Shown in pieces: positions 1 through 29,880 of a stretch of 64,000 bases of DNA. The first letter of the stretch is position 1, and the number at the start of each line of letters is the position of its first letter. The translations under genes and the position numbers were made by a program. Location of the stretch: the NCBI RefSeq assembly GCF_009914755.1, contig NC_060943.1. The stretch is one strand, 5' to 3'. A model generated the notes under the pieces. That model worked only from the letters and a program-made list of their open reading frames with translations. It was not told where the DNA came from and made no database searches. The stretch is from the human T2T-CHM13v2.0 reference genome, Homo sapiens.

Positions 1-647
1 TGATTCTCCTGCCTCAGCCTCCCGAGTAGCTGGGACTACAGGCCTGTGCCACCACACCCAGCCTCATTTTCTCTTTACGCTCTCCTGAGTTGCTATCAGA
101 TTTTGATAGCGCCTCCATCAAAACTTCCTGTTACAATGAACTTCCTTTATTAATTTTTTTTCTTCTTTAAACCTCAGCATCTACCAGAGGAATGCAATGA
201 ATTTTCAAAATAACCTTTGTTAAGATGACTTACAAGGTATACTTGTGTAACACAAGTGTTCAAAAGAACTAAAACTCATAAACATTCTACATCAGTCAGC
301 TATTCCTACAATAAAGCCGTATAACAAACCACCCAAGGGCTCAGTGACAAACGTTAATGTTTCTTTCTGGCTTACAAAAAATACAAAATTACCCAGGCGT
401 GGTGGTGGGCGCCTGTAATCCCAGCTACTGGGGAGGCAGAGACAGGAGAATCGCCTGAACCCAGGAGACGGAGGTTGCTGTGAGCCGAGATTGCGCCCTG
501 AGGGAGTAGGTTTTTGCCAAACTGTAAGATCTGCCACACGGTCTATGTATTTAAAACAGGAATAAGTGAACAGTCCTTGGAGGATTACCCTTTGATGTCA
601 GAGGATGTTCAGACATCTGCTTTATAGAAAATGTGTATGTGCCCTAA

Positions 648-1328
<681 letters not shown>

Positions 1329-1417
1329 CCCTATTCCTATTTTTTGATCGAATATTTTCTCTCTGAAGTGTCTTAGTGCCTTTCTTCCCACCATCTAAAT
1401 AATCTCTCCCTCCACAG

Positions 1418-1994
1418 TATGGCTGTGACCCGATCCAAAGACGCTCCTCCTTTCGGCCCCCCCATCCCCAGTGGAACCACATTCCGCAAATCCGACGTCT
1501 TCAGAGACTTCTTGCTGGCCAAGGTGATTAACGCTGAGAACGCCGCGCACAAGTCCGACAAGTTCCACACCATGGCCACCAGGACCCGCCAGGAGTATCT
1601 CAAGGACCTGGCCGAAAACTGTGTCTCCAACACCCCCATCGACTCCACCGGCAAATTCAACCTCATCTCCCTGACCTCCAAGAAGAAGGAAAAGACAAAA
1701 GCACGGGCTGGCGCTGAGCAGCACAGTGCAGGGGCCATCGCCTGGAGGGTGGTGGCCCAGGACTACGCCCAGGGGGTGGAAATCGACTGCATTTTGGGAA
1801 TTTCCAATGAGTTTGTGGTGCTCCTGGACTTACGCACCAAGGAGGTGGTGTTCAACTGCTACTGCGGGGATGTCATTGGCTGGACTCCAGACTCCTCCAC
1901 ACTCAAAATCTTCTATGGACGAGGAGACCACATCTTCCTACAGGCGACAGAGGGTTCTGTGGAGGACATAAGGGAAATAGTGCAGAGACTGAAG
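1418..1994 (+). CDS. SIPA1L3: SIPA1L3 internal coding exon (577 nt): C-terminal RapGAP domain and following region
   Basis: Acceptor ctctccctccacag|T, donor AAG|gtaagg. Translation (S)[17 protein letters not shown]...[32 protein letters not shown] matches the SIPA1/SPAR RapGAP C-terminus. Confidence 0.96.
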
Positions 1995-2288
1995 GTAAGG
2001 GAGAGAGCCCGGCAATAGGGCGGCGATTTGTATGGTTTCGGCCTCAGGAACCACTGAAATACTTCCCTAGCCCAGTCAGTTAGGCTAAGACACGCACTGG
2101 CCCGGAGAGAATCACAGTTGTCACTTACAAACTAGACATCTTGTGGGTTCTGTAGCTAGGTTCTTCCTCTGGAAGGTTTGTGCCAGAGATCTATGGATCT
2201 TCATGCTATTACCTTGGAAAGACAAGAGTTACTTATTAACCTTGGACACTGATAGAAAGTATAAATTTAAGCTTAGGTTAAAAATGTA

Positions 2289-2810
<522 letters not shown>

Positions 2811-3171
2811 GTAGAAATCTTCCCCTAAACCCCTCGTGGACAAACCAAGAGTGGCAGATTGGTGATAGCTTAGCTGCTGTCTGCCTGAAGCATTGTGCTG
2901 AGAAGTACTCAGGCCCCATCTAAGCTCCACAAGAAAGAACACTGTGGTCAGTGATTGCCTCTGCAGTGGGTTTGGCAGAACGCCGTGCCATGTGTGCTAA
3001 ATAGAGATAGCATATAACACGGCAGTTCAGAGCACAAGATCTAGTCAGAAGGCCTGGCTTCAAGTCCCAGCACTGCCACTTACCAGCTGCATGACCTTGA
3101 GCCAAGTTATTTAGCTTCTTTGTGATTCAGTTTCTTCATCTGAAAAGCAGGTACAAGAATCATTCTGCATT

Positions 3172-4380
<1,209 letters not shown>

Positions 4381-4399
4381 TCAGAGGTTTCCTGACTTT

Positions 4400-5150
4400 G
4401 TAAAATAGAAGTCCTCTACTCAAATAAGGTTTTAGGGAAAAAAAGGTCGACTCCATCCCTCCATTTGTGGATGTCAGAGCTTTGGCATCAGCCTGGGCTC
4501 CACTCTCTCTCATGCCCACATTCGTCAGCTCCACTTCTATAGGCAGGCATCAGCCACCTCTCCCAGAGCCCTCACCCTGGAGCGAGCCACCCTGGTCTCT
4601 CCCGGACACTTTCGATGGTGTCCTTTCTGGTCCTTCTTACCCCTGCCCTTGCTTCTCTGTGGCCTGTTCTCGACGTGGTAGTGAGAGCAATCTGATCACA
4701 TCACCTCTCTGCCTAAACCCTCAGGTCACTCTAGGTTAAAGCCTCAGTCCTTACAGAAGCCCATGAGGCCGGGTGTGAACTGGCTCCCTGTCGACTTCTC
4801 TGACCTCATGTCACTGTTGCGCTCTCTGTCCCAGCCATGAAGACCTCTGAGGTTTCATGCGCATGCTAGGGCGGCGTCCAGCCTCAGGGCCTTTGTACCA
4901 CCTCTTGCTGGAACACTTCTCTGATCACCACATGGCTCGCTCCCTTTCCTCCTACAGGCCTTTGGTCACATGTCGCCTTGTCGGTGAGGCCTCGTTATCT
5001 AAGATTGCACACCCCCTCCCCTGGCTTGGAGCACATTCACGCGCTTTGCCTGCTTAACCACCATCTGCCATGCACTGTGTGTTATCTGTTCACTGCCGTG
5101 TCCTCAGCACCTGGGCCAGCATCTGGTGCACAGTAGCCGCTGAGTGAGCA
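4400..5150 (+). mobile_element. L2 3' fragment
   Basis: Decayed L2 3' end (tcctcagcacctgggccagcatctggtgcacagtagccgctgagtgag). Confidence 0.55.
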
Positions 5151-5368
5151 GGAACCGAGTGCAGGCACAAATGCGTCGTATGCTATAGTGGCCGCAATAG
5201 TGAGGATCAAATGGGCGCCAGCTCTGCGTCAGACCCTGCTCAGCACCTTGGGTGGTCTTGCGTCTCTTGCTCACAAAAGCCTGATGAGGTCCTCACTTCG
5301 CAGATGAGGAAACTGAGGCCCAGAGATACCTTGACTTGCCCAGAGCCCAAAGAGCCTGGGTTTTGGAG

Positions 5369-7415
<2,047 letters not shown>

Positions 7416-7958
7416 TAAACACTAGGCTACTCCGCCTCCCCTAATCTTGACAGCAGCTCACGTTTCTTGAGCAGGGACCATGCCAGGCACCATGCCAGGT
7501 GACATGTTTTACCCACATCCTCACTGTGCCACTCTGTCCCACACCCACCCCCGTGCCTACTGTTGGCGGAGTCCTTTTGGAGCATATTTCCACAGCCATA
7601 CCCCCACCCCCACCCCCAGTCTCAGTGCCCCAGAGCCTGCTGGGGAACCAGTGGGCCAGGGAATGGTGACATAAGCCATCTCCCGTGGAGGGGCAGGCCC
7701 GTTTTGAATGACTTGTGACAGTGAGTCTCTCTCTTTGTGAAGCACCCACAGGGTACAGATTCCACACTCTCCCCGGCAGGCTGACTCAACTGCCCCAGAC
7801 ATCCTGAACTAACGGTATCCCATCACTGGTTAATTGAATGAGTGTTGTTATGCGCCTGGCCTTGGCCTGGCCAGTGCTGGGACATAGTGATGACCATAAC
7901 AGACCCAGGCCTACTTTCATGGTGCTCCTCTCTGGGACAGATATTAAACACGCAATTC

Positions 7959-8414
<456 letters not shown>

Positions 8415-8445
8415 TTAGTTAGTTACCACAGTTTAACATTTAGAG

Positions 8446-9876
<1,431 letters not shown>

Positions 9877-9903
9877 GAGTTGCAACAGTGTTAAAGGTTA
9901 GAT

Positions 9904-10325
<422 letters not shown>

Positions 10326-10584
10326 GTAGTAATAGGATGGGAAAGAATAAAAAGTGTCACAGTGTGCCTCAGTGAGTAAAGATAAGACTATTTTATGAAG
10401 CATTGTTTTGGTCACACGTTTCCCCCACTTTCCAAATTCTCGCCGTCCAAATCAGGAACCAAACAGATTCAGTGACATTTTCAGGTAAGTACTTTACCAT
10501 CCAAATGCTTACTTCTTGCTATCCACACTCAAGAATGTGACGGATTTGAATTGCAAGGAATATTTGTGTCTGTGGGCATGTGTG

Positions 10585-12152
<1,568 letters not shown>

Positions 12153-12562
12153 TGATGAAATAAATACCACAGCCCAGAGGACATGGCAGTGCCACTCGCA
12201 ACTCTTTGGCCAAAACAAGTCCCAGGGCCCCACCCAACCACAAGGGAGCCAAGAAGTGCAATCCCACTGACCCCAGGAAGGAGGGAGTTCGGGGCCTTTG
12301 GAGCCACAGCTCATGACTGCCATGGTCTCTGCAAGGTTAGAAGCCACGGGGTCGCATATCCACATTTCCCCTCCAGAAATCAGGAAGCCAGGCTGGGACC
12401 GGGTGCGTGTTCCCCCTGCGGGTCCCCTGCCATCACCCGGGAAGGTATTAATAGATGGGAGTTGGCAGGTTTTTGGCTTCAAAGCGGGGAACGTGACCAG
12501 GGGTCTTCCAGAGGAGCTGACCCAAGCAGCTTCTGAGGCTCGATCCTGCCTGTGGCCTGCAG

Positions 12563-12837
12563 GTGATGACCAGTGGCTGGGAGACGGTGGACATGACGCT
12601 TCGGCGGAACGGGCTCGGGCAGCTGGGCTTCCACGTGAAGTACGACGGCACGGTGGCCGAGGTTGAGGACTATGGGTTCGCCTGGCAGGCCGGCCTCCGG
12701 CAGGGCAGCCGACTAGTGGAGATCTGCAAGGTGGCCGTGGTCACACTGACCCACGACCAGATGATCGACCTGCTGCGCACCTCTGTCACTGTGAAGGTGG
12801 TCATCATCCCGCCTTTTGAGGACGGCACTCCCCGGAG
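12563..12837 (+). CDS. SIPA1L3: SIPA1L3 coding exon (275 nt): PDZ domain
   Basis: Acceptor cctgcag|GTG, donor AG|gtaagg. Encodes [25 protein letters not shown]...[12 protein letters not shown]...VKVVIIPP (PDZ, GLGF-like loop). Phase 0 matches the previous exon. Confidence 0.96.
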
Positions 12838-13606
12838 GTAAGGGCCTCCACCTTTCAGCCAGGTGGTGGGTGGCAGCTCCCAGATCGCTGGCATGAGACC
12901 TCCCTGGCACTGTCACTTGAGGTCCCAATAGAGGGGGGATAGGCAGGCCCTTCTAGGCAGGAATAGTGGCAACAGTGACAGGACGGGGAGGGCACATCTA
13001 CAGAGCGCTTACTGTATGCCAGTTATTGGTTTAGCCCTTCATACGTGCATGATCGCATTTAATCTCCACAGTTGCCCTGTGAGGGGAGAGCCTCATTCTT
13101 CCCATTTCCTACATGAAGCACAGGATGTTAATAGTTGCTTGCCTGTGGGCCCCCCACACTTCATTCATTTGTTCAAAATGTGTTTATTGAGCCCCTACTG
13201 TGTGCAAGCTCTGTTCAAAGTGACCACAACAAAGTGCCTGCTCCCTTGCGGTTTGTGTTCTACAGGGAAAGACAGGCCGTGAAGAAATAGGTGTGTCATA
13301 CCGGATCAGGTAGTACTAAGTCTCAGAAGGAAATTAAAGCAGGGTAATGAAGGGGCTGCAGCACGATGGGAGAGCTGCTTACAAGGCGGGCAGAGAAGGC
13401 TCCACGAGGCTCCACAGGGAGGCAGCCATGTGGTTTTCTGGCCAGCGGGCTCCAGACAGGAGCTGGCCAGGGCACAGCCTCCCCAGTGTACATGGGTGAT
13501 GTGTTCCTGGAGTACGGGGAGGCCCATGTGGCTGGAGCAGAGCGAGCAGGAGTGAGAGCTGAGAGCAAAGGACAGAGAGGTGACCAGGCAGGCGGTGTGG
13601 GCTTCA

Positions 13607-13642
13607 TGGGTTTTATTCCATGCTTGGGTTTTATTCCATGCT
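13607..13642. repeat. 18-bp perfect tandem duplication
   Basis: tgggttttattccatgct x2. Confidence 0.85.
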
Positions 13643-13659
13643 CAGTGGGAAGCTGGTAG

Positions 13660-15012
<1,353 letters not shown>

Positions 15013-15947
15013 TTTTCCTTGCAGTTTATTTTGGAAAGAAACCAGGTCACCTGTCCTTAGAGCTTCCCCCTTCCTGGCTTTAGCTGGCGGCCTCCCCATG
15101 GTGTCCTTTAGCCTATTGCTCCACCACTGGTATTTTCTGTAAACTAGAGTCAAAGATGGAAGCTTGCTTAGGCCCCAATGGGATGTCTTTCGGCCGCAGC
15201 ACTCCTAGGTATGCATCTGTGAGAAGGCACTGCGTGCCTGGTCTCCCCCTGCAAGTGACACTAGGGGCAAGCAGAGGCTTCAGACAGCGGCACCTGGCCA
15301 TCACCACATGTCCCCTCCAGTCCTGTTTCACAGCCCAGCAGCCACTGCTAGGCCCTGCCTAGATCCATCATTTCATGACGGTTTGCAGACGAGTGCCATC
15401 TTCATTCTGTCATTCCTTCTTCATATATTGGCTGGAATGCTTCTAAAAAGAGCTTTCTTTCAGTAACCGTTTAGTTACCCTGAGGTATAATTTGTACAGA
15501 GAAGACAAGATAAATACAGTTTTCAGAATAATGAGTTGGTCCCTAGCAACCTCCAGAAGTGACCAATGAGAGAGACGCACCATGTTCTCAGCTCTGGAAA
15601 CAGTGCACAGAGGACAGCCAAGGCCTTGGCCTCATGGAGTGAGGCCCCAATGGGTCAGGGGAGACAAACAGTAAACAAGTAAATGAATGAGATGATTTTA
15701 TATCACAGAGTGGGGAGGCAGGAGAGCATAGCAGGAGAGGCAGGCTGTCTAGGTTTGAATCCCAGCTCTTCCCCTTGTTACCTTTGACCCTAGGGAAGTG
15801 GCCTTACCACCCTGTGCCCGGTTTCCTCATTTGTAAAACAAGGACAATAACGTCCTTTCCACAAGAGCGTTTGTGAAGTTGAAGGAGATCCAACTTGTAA
15901 AGCACGTAGGACAGGCCAGACCCAGTGAATTTGTGACTGTGGAGTGC

Positions 15948-16790
<843 letters not shown>

Positions 16791-18093
16791 GGCACGTGGG
16801 ACAGTACTTGGCCTATAGGAGGCGCTCGAGAGACACTGGCACCAAGATACTGGATGTGAGGACTGTAAAGGGCACATAACCCACATTGGATAGGGTGGTC
16901 CGGGAAGGCCCGAAGGTGAGGGCAAAGGCCCTTAGCTTGGAGACAGACCAGAAAGAGGACCTGCATGGCTGCAGCAGATTCAGCCAAGAGGAGGGCACAA
17001 GATGGGGTGACGATGAGTGCCATATTCACATATGACCTTGCTGGGCTCACACCAGGGCTGGTGTGATCTCTGCTTTGTAGACGAGAAAACCGAGGCCCAG
17101 AGTGAACAAGTCACTTTGCAGAGTTGTACAGCTAGTAAGCAGCAAAGCAAAATTCAAATCCAGGTCGGCCTGTCTCCATTATACTCTGCAGCCTCTGAAA
17201 GCCATCACGAGCTATTAATACACGGGCATGCGAGTGATGTCCCCACCCTCACCTTCCTGAGTCGTGCTTGCTCTCTCTCCACTTGGTGGGGGACAGTTCT
17301 GGGCAGGCCTAAACCCTGAACCTGAGGGTGTGGCCACCCCTACCCACATCCCAGATGGCTCAACCTCAGGACTCCAGTCATGCCCCGGGTGTCTCCGGTT
17401 CCCAGCCCTTTTCTCCTGCCACCTTCCTACCCTGCCTGGAGCCACAGCCCAGCCACACCTGCTTAGATCTCTGCAGGGGCAAGTCAAGGCCAGATAACCC
17501 CACAGGCAAGTGCCCTGGTGGCTACACTCCTCGAGGAAGGACATGCACCCCTCTCCACACACTCCCACGGGTGCACACGATAAGCCAGCTTGCACATCGC
17601 ATGACTCTCACCCCAAACATGCAGGTAGGGACAAACTGAAAGGCAAAGAAAAGTCTGCAGTTCTCCAGCTTTGGGGAGACAGGGCCAGGGAGAGTGCAAC
17701 CAGACAGAGGAGTTCTTCTCCCTGCCCTTTTCAGAAGGAAGACATTCCCTCCTGTTCCCTTTATAAGGCAGCTGCTGAAACAGGATCTCCCGTTTGCAGG
17801 GGTGGGCGTGGGTCAGGACTTGGGTGGTTTTTGTTGTTCTTCAAATGCAGAGGTGTGTAGCTGACCTCATTTGCAGAGCTGATGACCCAGGCTCTGGGCT
17901 TTCTCCAGCCTGTTGATGCAACCCTGGCTCAAATGTCTGTTGTAGTGAGCTCTGAGGCGAGCAGTGAGGACGGGATAGAAGTGCCCTCGCTGCCACCAGC
18001 CAGGCCGCATGGCTTGCACGCTGACCCCATGCTCTCAGACACCGAGGAGAATGCATGGGGTCTTCCTCCTACCCCCAGGCCACAAGGCTGGAG

Positions 18094-18266
18094 TTTTGTT
18101 TGGGTTTTTTTGTTTGTTTGTTTTAGTTTTGTTTTTCTTCTTTTTTCAGACGAAGTTTCACTCTCTGTGCCTAGGCTGGAGTGCAGTGGTGTGAGATCAC
18201 GCCACTGCATTCCAGCCTGGGCAAGAGAGTGAGACTCTGTCTCAAAAAAAAAAAAAAAAAAAAAAA
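18094..18266. repeat. Inverted pair of Alu 3' ends forming a fold-back palindrome
   Basis: T-tract, reverse Alu 3' end, 2-nt spacer, forward Alu 3' end, poly-A. Confidence 0.88.
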
Positions 18267-18381
18267 GAAGAATGCGTAAGAAAGTGGGAGCAGTGGTTGC
18301 TTCTGGTAGTTGAAACTGGAGGATGGGATTGGGAGACAGGGATGCGTGTTATATCATTTTAATCCTTAAAAAAAATTCAAG

Positions 18382-21398
<3,017 letters not shown>

Positions 21399-21813
21399 CT
21401 AGTCATCGTGTCAGGGTGGGGGCTTGGAGAAAGCTTCTAATTGGTCAGGCCTGGGTCACATGCTAATACCTGGAGCCAGGAAGTGGGGTCAGCCCCACCC
21501 AGAGCCCATATTAACAAAGACCTGTTATCAGGAGAGGGGGTGTGGGGAGAGACACCAGGCAGGCAGGAATGGCAGGTGTGCACTGCCTGGAGACAGTGAT
21601 AGTACCTTTCCCCACCTCTGCCCGGGCCTGGCATGTCTACAGGCTCTGATAGACATTCATATTGTTATTGTTCCTCACCTGGTGCCTGGTGAGACATTGG
21701 CAGCTGCCAGTCCAAAGGGACAGCCAGAAGACACTGCCAAGTGTCAGTTCCAGCCATGGCGCTACCGAGGGGTGCGGTGTGTCGGGCCCTGGGTGCCAGA
21801 GCGCATCCACCTC

Positions 21814-22192
21814 TGTCTTAGTCTGTTTTGTGCTGCTATGACAGAATATATGAGATCGGATAATGGATAAAGAACAGACATACATTTCTCACAGTTGTGG
21901 GGGCTGCAGGTTCAAGATCCAGGCACTGGCAGGATAGGGCCTGGTCTTTCTACTTCCATGATGGGGCCTTGAATGCTGTGACCTCTGGAGGACAGGAACG
22001 CCACGTCCAAATACAGCAGAAGAGAAGAAGAGAGAGAGTCCACTCCCGCAAGCCCTTTCTATAGTGGCATTCATCCATTCATGAGGGCTCTGCCCTAAGC
22101 TCCTCCCACTAGTCCCCACCTCCCAACAGTGGCATTGGGGGTTAAGTTTCCAACACGTGACTTTTGGGGGAACACACATCCAGACCATAGCA
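21814..22192 (-). mobile_element. MST-family MaLR solo LTR
   Basis: tgtcttagtctgttttgtgctgctat ... catccagaccatagca with TG/CA ends and a 5-bp TSD acctc/gcctc. Confidence 0.82.
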
Positions 22193-22894
22193 GCCTCTGA
22201 ACCACCATATCCACCAGATCTTTTGCTGGGTGGCCATGAACGGGGTGGCTCCAGGGAATTCAGGAGACACTCAGAGGATCAGCTCGATGGGGGTATGGGC
22301 ACTTCCAGGCTGAAGGCTCCTCTGAGCTCAGCTCTCAGCTGCCAGGAGGTGGATTTCATGAGCATGGCTCGGGGACCCCTCCCATGCAGGGCTGCAGTGG
22401 CAGTGGAGAATGCCAGCCCAGCCGGCGGATCTCCCCGCCTCAAGCCAGGAGCACCATGGTGCATGTGCCAGCCTGGTCTAGGGGGAGTCACAGGTCTCTC
22501 TGCATCTATTTCAAGGTTGTAGATTTCATGGCTTTTTTTTTTTTTTTAACCACCCCACAAAGTAGGTCACCTGCTCCTCTTCCAGCTGCCTTTAAGATTC
22601 TTTGGAACAAGGCAGTTACTGTCCTTTGATTCTGAGGACATCCGCCTTTCTGGCCCTGAGTACCGCTAAGGGGGGCCAGGCAGGTCCGTCGAGGACACTG
22701 GCGGCCTGGCAGCCGTGTGGCCTGGGTCAGGTAGAAGCGAGGGGCGGGAACAGAGAATTCGAGTGGGAGGAGGGAAGAGGAGATGAGGTGGAAAGGGCCA
22801 GGCAGTCGGAGTCCCTGTGTTGGGTCCCGTCCTGGTTGAAGACTCTGAGCTGGTAAGTTTCAGACCATTTTAAGGAGTATTCACTCGACTTTTA

Positions 22895-23251
<357 letters not shown>

Positions 23252-23316
23252 CTAGACAGCAGGCCCACGTGTTGGTGGGCTGGGGCCTTTCTGAGTAATG
23301 CAGTTTTTCTCCCCAG

Positions 23317-23568
23317 GGGTTGGCCGGAGACCTACGACATGAATACCTCGGAGCCCAAGACGGAGCAGGAAAGCATCACTCCTGGGGGCCGGCCCCCCTA
23401 CCGCAGCAATGCTCCCTGGCAGTGGAGCGGGCCCGCATCCCATAACTCTCTACCAGCCTCCAAGTGGGCCACTCCAACCACTCCCGGCCATGCCCAGTCC
23501 CTGAGCCGGCCCCTGAAGCAGACCCCCATAGTCCCCTTCCGGGAGTCCCAGCCACTGCACAGCAAGAG
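23317..23568 (+). CDS. SIPA1L3: SIPA1L3 coding exon (252 nt), Pro/Ser-rich linker
   Basis: Acceptor ttttctccccag|G, donor AG|gtaagc. Encodes (R)GWPETYDMNTSEPK...QPLHSK. Phase 2-2 keeps the frame. Confidence 0.92.
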
Positions 23569-23833
23569 GTAAGCACCTGCTGGGGGGACCAATACTTCCC
23601 AACCCCCACCAGCCCACACCCATCCTCCGCCCCTCCCTCTCCTCACTATTTCCTCCATCCTCTTCCTCGCCTCAAGCTTTCGACCTTCCTTCTTATCCTT
23701 ATGTCTCCCTTGTTCCTCCCTCCCTCCTTCGTTTCAGCTTTCACCGTTGGCCTCTTGTCTGGGGACCCAGTGCTGGGGAGCTCTGGGTTAGAAATCCATT
23801 ATACTAAGTAGACGACTGAAGCTCTGCTTTTTA

Positions 23834-24131
<298 letters not shown>

Positions 24132-24594
24132 TTATTTTTAAGGTGAAGGGACTGATAAGCACAAAATTTAGGACAGTGACTTCTTCCTGGAGGAGGCAGG
24201 GAAATGGGAAGTGGGGAAGCCCACAGGTAGATGTTAGCACCACCGTTCTAGTCCTGGGGTTGGCTGGTAGCTTCAGGGAGTTTGTTTTATGATGATGACA
24301 AATATAACTTAACAGATACTCTTTTGAAGATATTATATATTAAAAGATAAAAAGAAAATTTTCCAAAAAATGAAGGAATCCAACTTGCAGAGGGACATCT
24401 TGTCCCCAGGGGGCAGAGGCGAGAATGGTCTTGAGCAGCCTGCAGAAGCTGTGAGTTGCGGGCAGCCGCAGTGGATCCGGGAAGAGGGGGCCCAGGAGCA
24501 TCCCAGCTTCTCTCGCCCTGTGCTCAGCATCCTCCCCTTCATCCTGAGCAGTGAATAGCAGAAGGGATGTGGCTGGGCGGGGGAAAGTTCGGTT

Positions 24595-24642
24595 GGTCTG
24601 TCTGTCTGTCCGTCTGTCCATCCATCTGTCTGTCCGTCCATC
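24595..24642. repeat. (TGTC/TCCA)n tetranucleotide microsatellite upstream of the 138-nt exon
   Basis: gtctgtctgtctgtccgtctgtccatccatctgtctgtccgtccatcc. Confidence 0.8.
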
Positions 24643-24705
24643 CTCCCAGGGCAGGGGTACCCTCCTACTCACCCTCTGCCTCCTTCCTCCCCTGTCTCCT
24701 TCTAG

Positions 24706-24843
24706 GCCTGTCAGCTTCCCAGAAACCCCTTACACAGTATCACCAGCAGGGGCCGACAGAGTCCCTCCCTACCGACAGCCTTCTGGGAGCTTCTCCACCC
24801 CCGGTTCGGCCACCTACGTGAGATACAAGCCATCCCCAGAAAG
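24706..24843 (+). CDS. SIPA1L3: SIPA1L3 coding exon (138 nt)
   Basis: Long pyrimidine tract then tag|G, donor AG|gtcagc. Encodes (R)PVSFPETPYTVSPAG...YKPSPE. Phase 2-2. Confidence 0.88.
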
Positions 24844-25238
24844 GTCAGCCTCCCTCAATTCTTTTCATGTTAAGGGATCTGATGAAAGCTGTGCCTCCTT
24901 CTTCCCCAGCAAATGCACACCCCCACAATTCTAGTTGCCATTTTATGGTGTTTCTGGACCCCTGAAGGTCCTCAGAGGAGCCCCATGGGGTGGTTATGTC
25001 TCAAGTTTTGGAGCAAAACTGGGCCGGGCTGGGCAGGACCCATCGTTGGCTTTCCTTGCAGCAGAATTTTGATTGCTGTTCTCTTGACACCTGTCAAGCA
25101 AGAGCATCCACTATCCAGCACGGCCATGCATCTAACTCTCTCCAGCCCTAAGCCCCTAGGACCAGGCTGCCAGCATTACCCAGTTTTCGAGATCTTTCAG
25201 GATTCAGTTCTGCCCACTTGCGTCCATCTGCAACCTGG

Positions 25239-25317
25239 CAGCCTGAGAGATCTCCCCAAACCCTCCATGGCTCCCCACCAGCCTGAGAGATCTCCCCAAA
25301 CCCTCCATGGCTCCCCA
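25239..25317. repeat. 40-bp period perfect tandem duplication
   Basis: cagcctgagagatctccccaaaccctccatggctcccca(c) x2. Confidence 0.92.
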
Positions 25318-25675
25318 GTGCCCTCAGGATAAACTTGGCATTCAAGGCCCTTCAGGCTCTGGCTCCGGCTGAGCTTATTCCCCAGCTGCCTTCAGCCCTC
25401 GTGCCCTCTGTTCTTCCTCTGCCCCCAGGTCCCTGTCTCAGGGGCAGCCACATCAATCCTAGTCCTTGGGCCTGAGCTGTGGGCCTCATCCTGTGAATGT
25501 CCCCTTCCTCCTTCTCCTTGCAGTGGTCCTCCTCCTGAGCATCTCTGTCACCCACCCTCTCCTCCTTTCCCTGTTCTCTTGCCCAGGCCACCACAGTGGG
25601 CTTCCAGCCTTCATCTCACCTCCCCTGGTCTACCCTCCACTCAACACTCAACAGCCAGAGGGATCTTTCTGTGTC

Positions 25676-26105
<430 letters not shown>

Positions 26106-26570
26106 TAGCCACACTGGCCACTCCCAGCTTCCTAGGGGGACTGTCTGTATTTCAGAGCCTTGATGGTGTTCCTTCCTTGGCCTGAATATGCTTCACACTC
26201 CTCGCCCACACTCCCCCCATCCTACCAACTCAAGCTTCTGTGCCCCTCTCCAGAACCCTTCTCTGGAGCTCCCTCTTGAGGCAAGGCACTGCCCCCCAAT
26301 TCCTGTGTATTTCCTGACTGTGGCCTTGAGCACTCTTCATCCTTATTAGCCAGCTAAGAGTGTGTGTGCTTGCGCACGTGCATGTATTTGCACCTGTAAG
26401 AGAGCGAGAGAGAGACAGAGAGGGTAAGCGTGCTCTTCAAGACCTCCCATCACATAGTACACAGTCCGACACATGGCTGATCTTTGGTATATATTGGATG
26501 AAAGGATGGAGTGAGTGGGTTTGTTAAAATGAAACCACCTGCCTTAAGACCAGGGATCAGGCCACCAAAC

Positions 26571-26712
26571 CAGTGGTTCTCAATCTTTAGCAGGCATTGG
26601 AATCACCCAGAGGAGGACTTGTTAAAATACAGATTATTGGGCCTGAGCCCCAAATTTCTGACCTGGTAGGTTCGGGGTGCTGCACCAGGGACCATTCTCT
26701 GAGAGTCACCAC
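26571..26712 (+). mobile_element. MER5A-like hAT MITE
   Basis: cagtggttctcaa...gaatcaccc...ttgttaaaatacagatt...gggcc. Confidence 0.7.
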
Positions 26713-27309
26713 AGTCATCCATTGTTAGATTCTAAGCCTCTTGTTCAATTGGAGAAACACGCCCACTGTTTCTTCTTCTAGTAGCCACCATTCAGCTTTC
26801 ATTCAGCAAAGGGTCTCAAGAGCTTTCTGGCGTGCCAGGAGGAGTATTTGAGATACTCAATTACGAGGGGGTTCTGTAGTCAGCCCTTGCTGACTGTGAT
26901 GGAGAGGATCGTAAAAACCATGTGCACTCTGATGAGCACTCTAATAGAGGAAGAGGGAACACAGCCCAGCACTGGAGGTCTAGACTGGCTGCCTGGAGGA
27001 GGTGACATCTGAACAGAAGTTTGAGGGACTAATAGGAGTCTGCGACAGAGAGGAGAGAAAAAGTCATTCCAAACAGAGTAAAGGCCACAGATATGAACAA
27101 GCAGGATGCTGTGAAACACAGGAGAATCAGAGAGGAATCGGGTGTGTGCGGGACATGGGGTGTGGGGGCACCCAGGTGACAGCAGGGGCTGAGGTTGGAA
27201 ATGGCAGTCAGAGTGACTCACCAGTAACAAAGGTGGTGGCAGTGGTGTTACCGAAAGCTCTTGGGAACTGTTGTTGTTGTTTTCTCCTAAAGTCTTGGTA
27301 TCTGCCTTT

Positions 27310-29880
<2,571 letters not shown>

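Noticed and set aside
376-498. Internal Alu fragment lacking both ends as a non-classical insertion
   Set aside because: Cannot be distinguished from ordinary post-insertion deletion without an orthologue alignment.
588-598. Isolated TCF/LEF motifs CCTTTGAT (also ~26158 and ~32234)
   Set aside because: Single 8-mers are expected by chance in 64 kb, and they are not clustered.
1373-1738. Antisense ORFs over coding exons (also 12670-12928 and 46613-47059)
   Set aside because: Shadow frames of GC-rich coding exons, with no independent splice, promoter or homology support.
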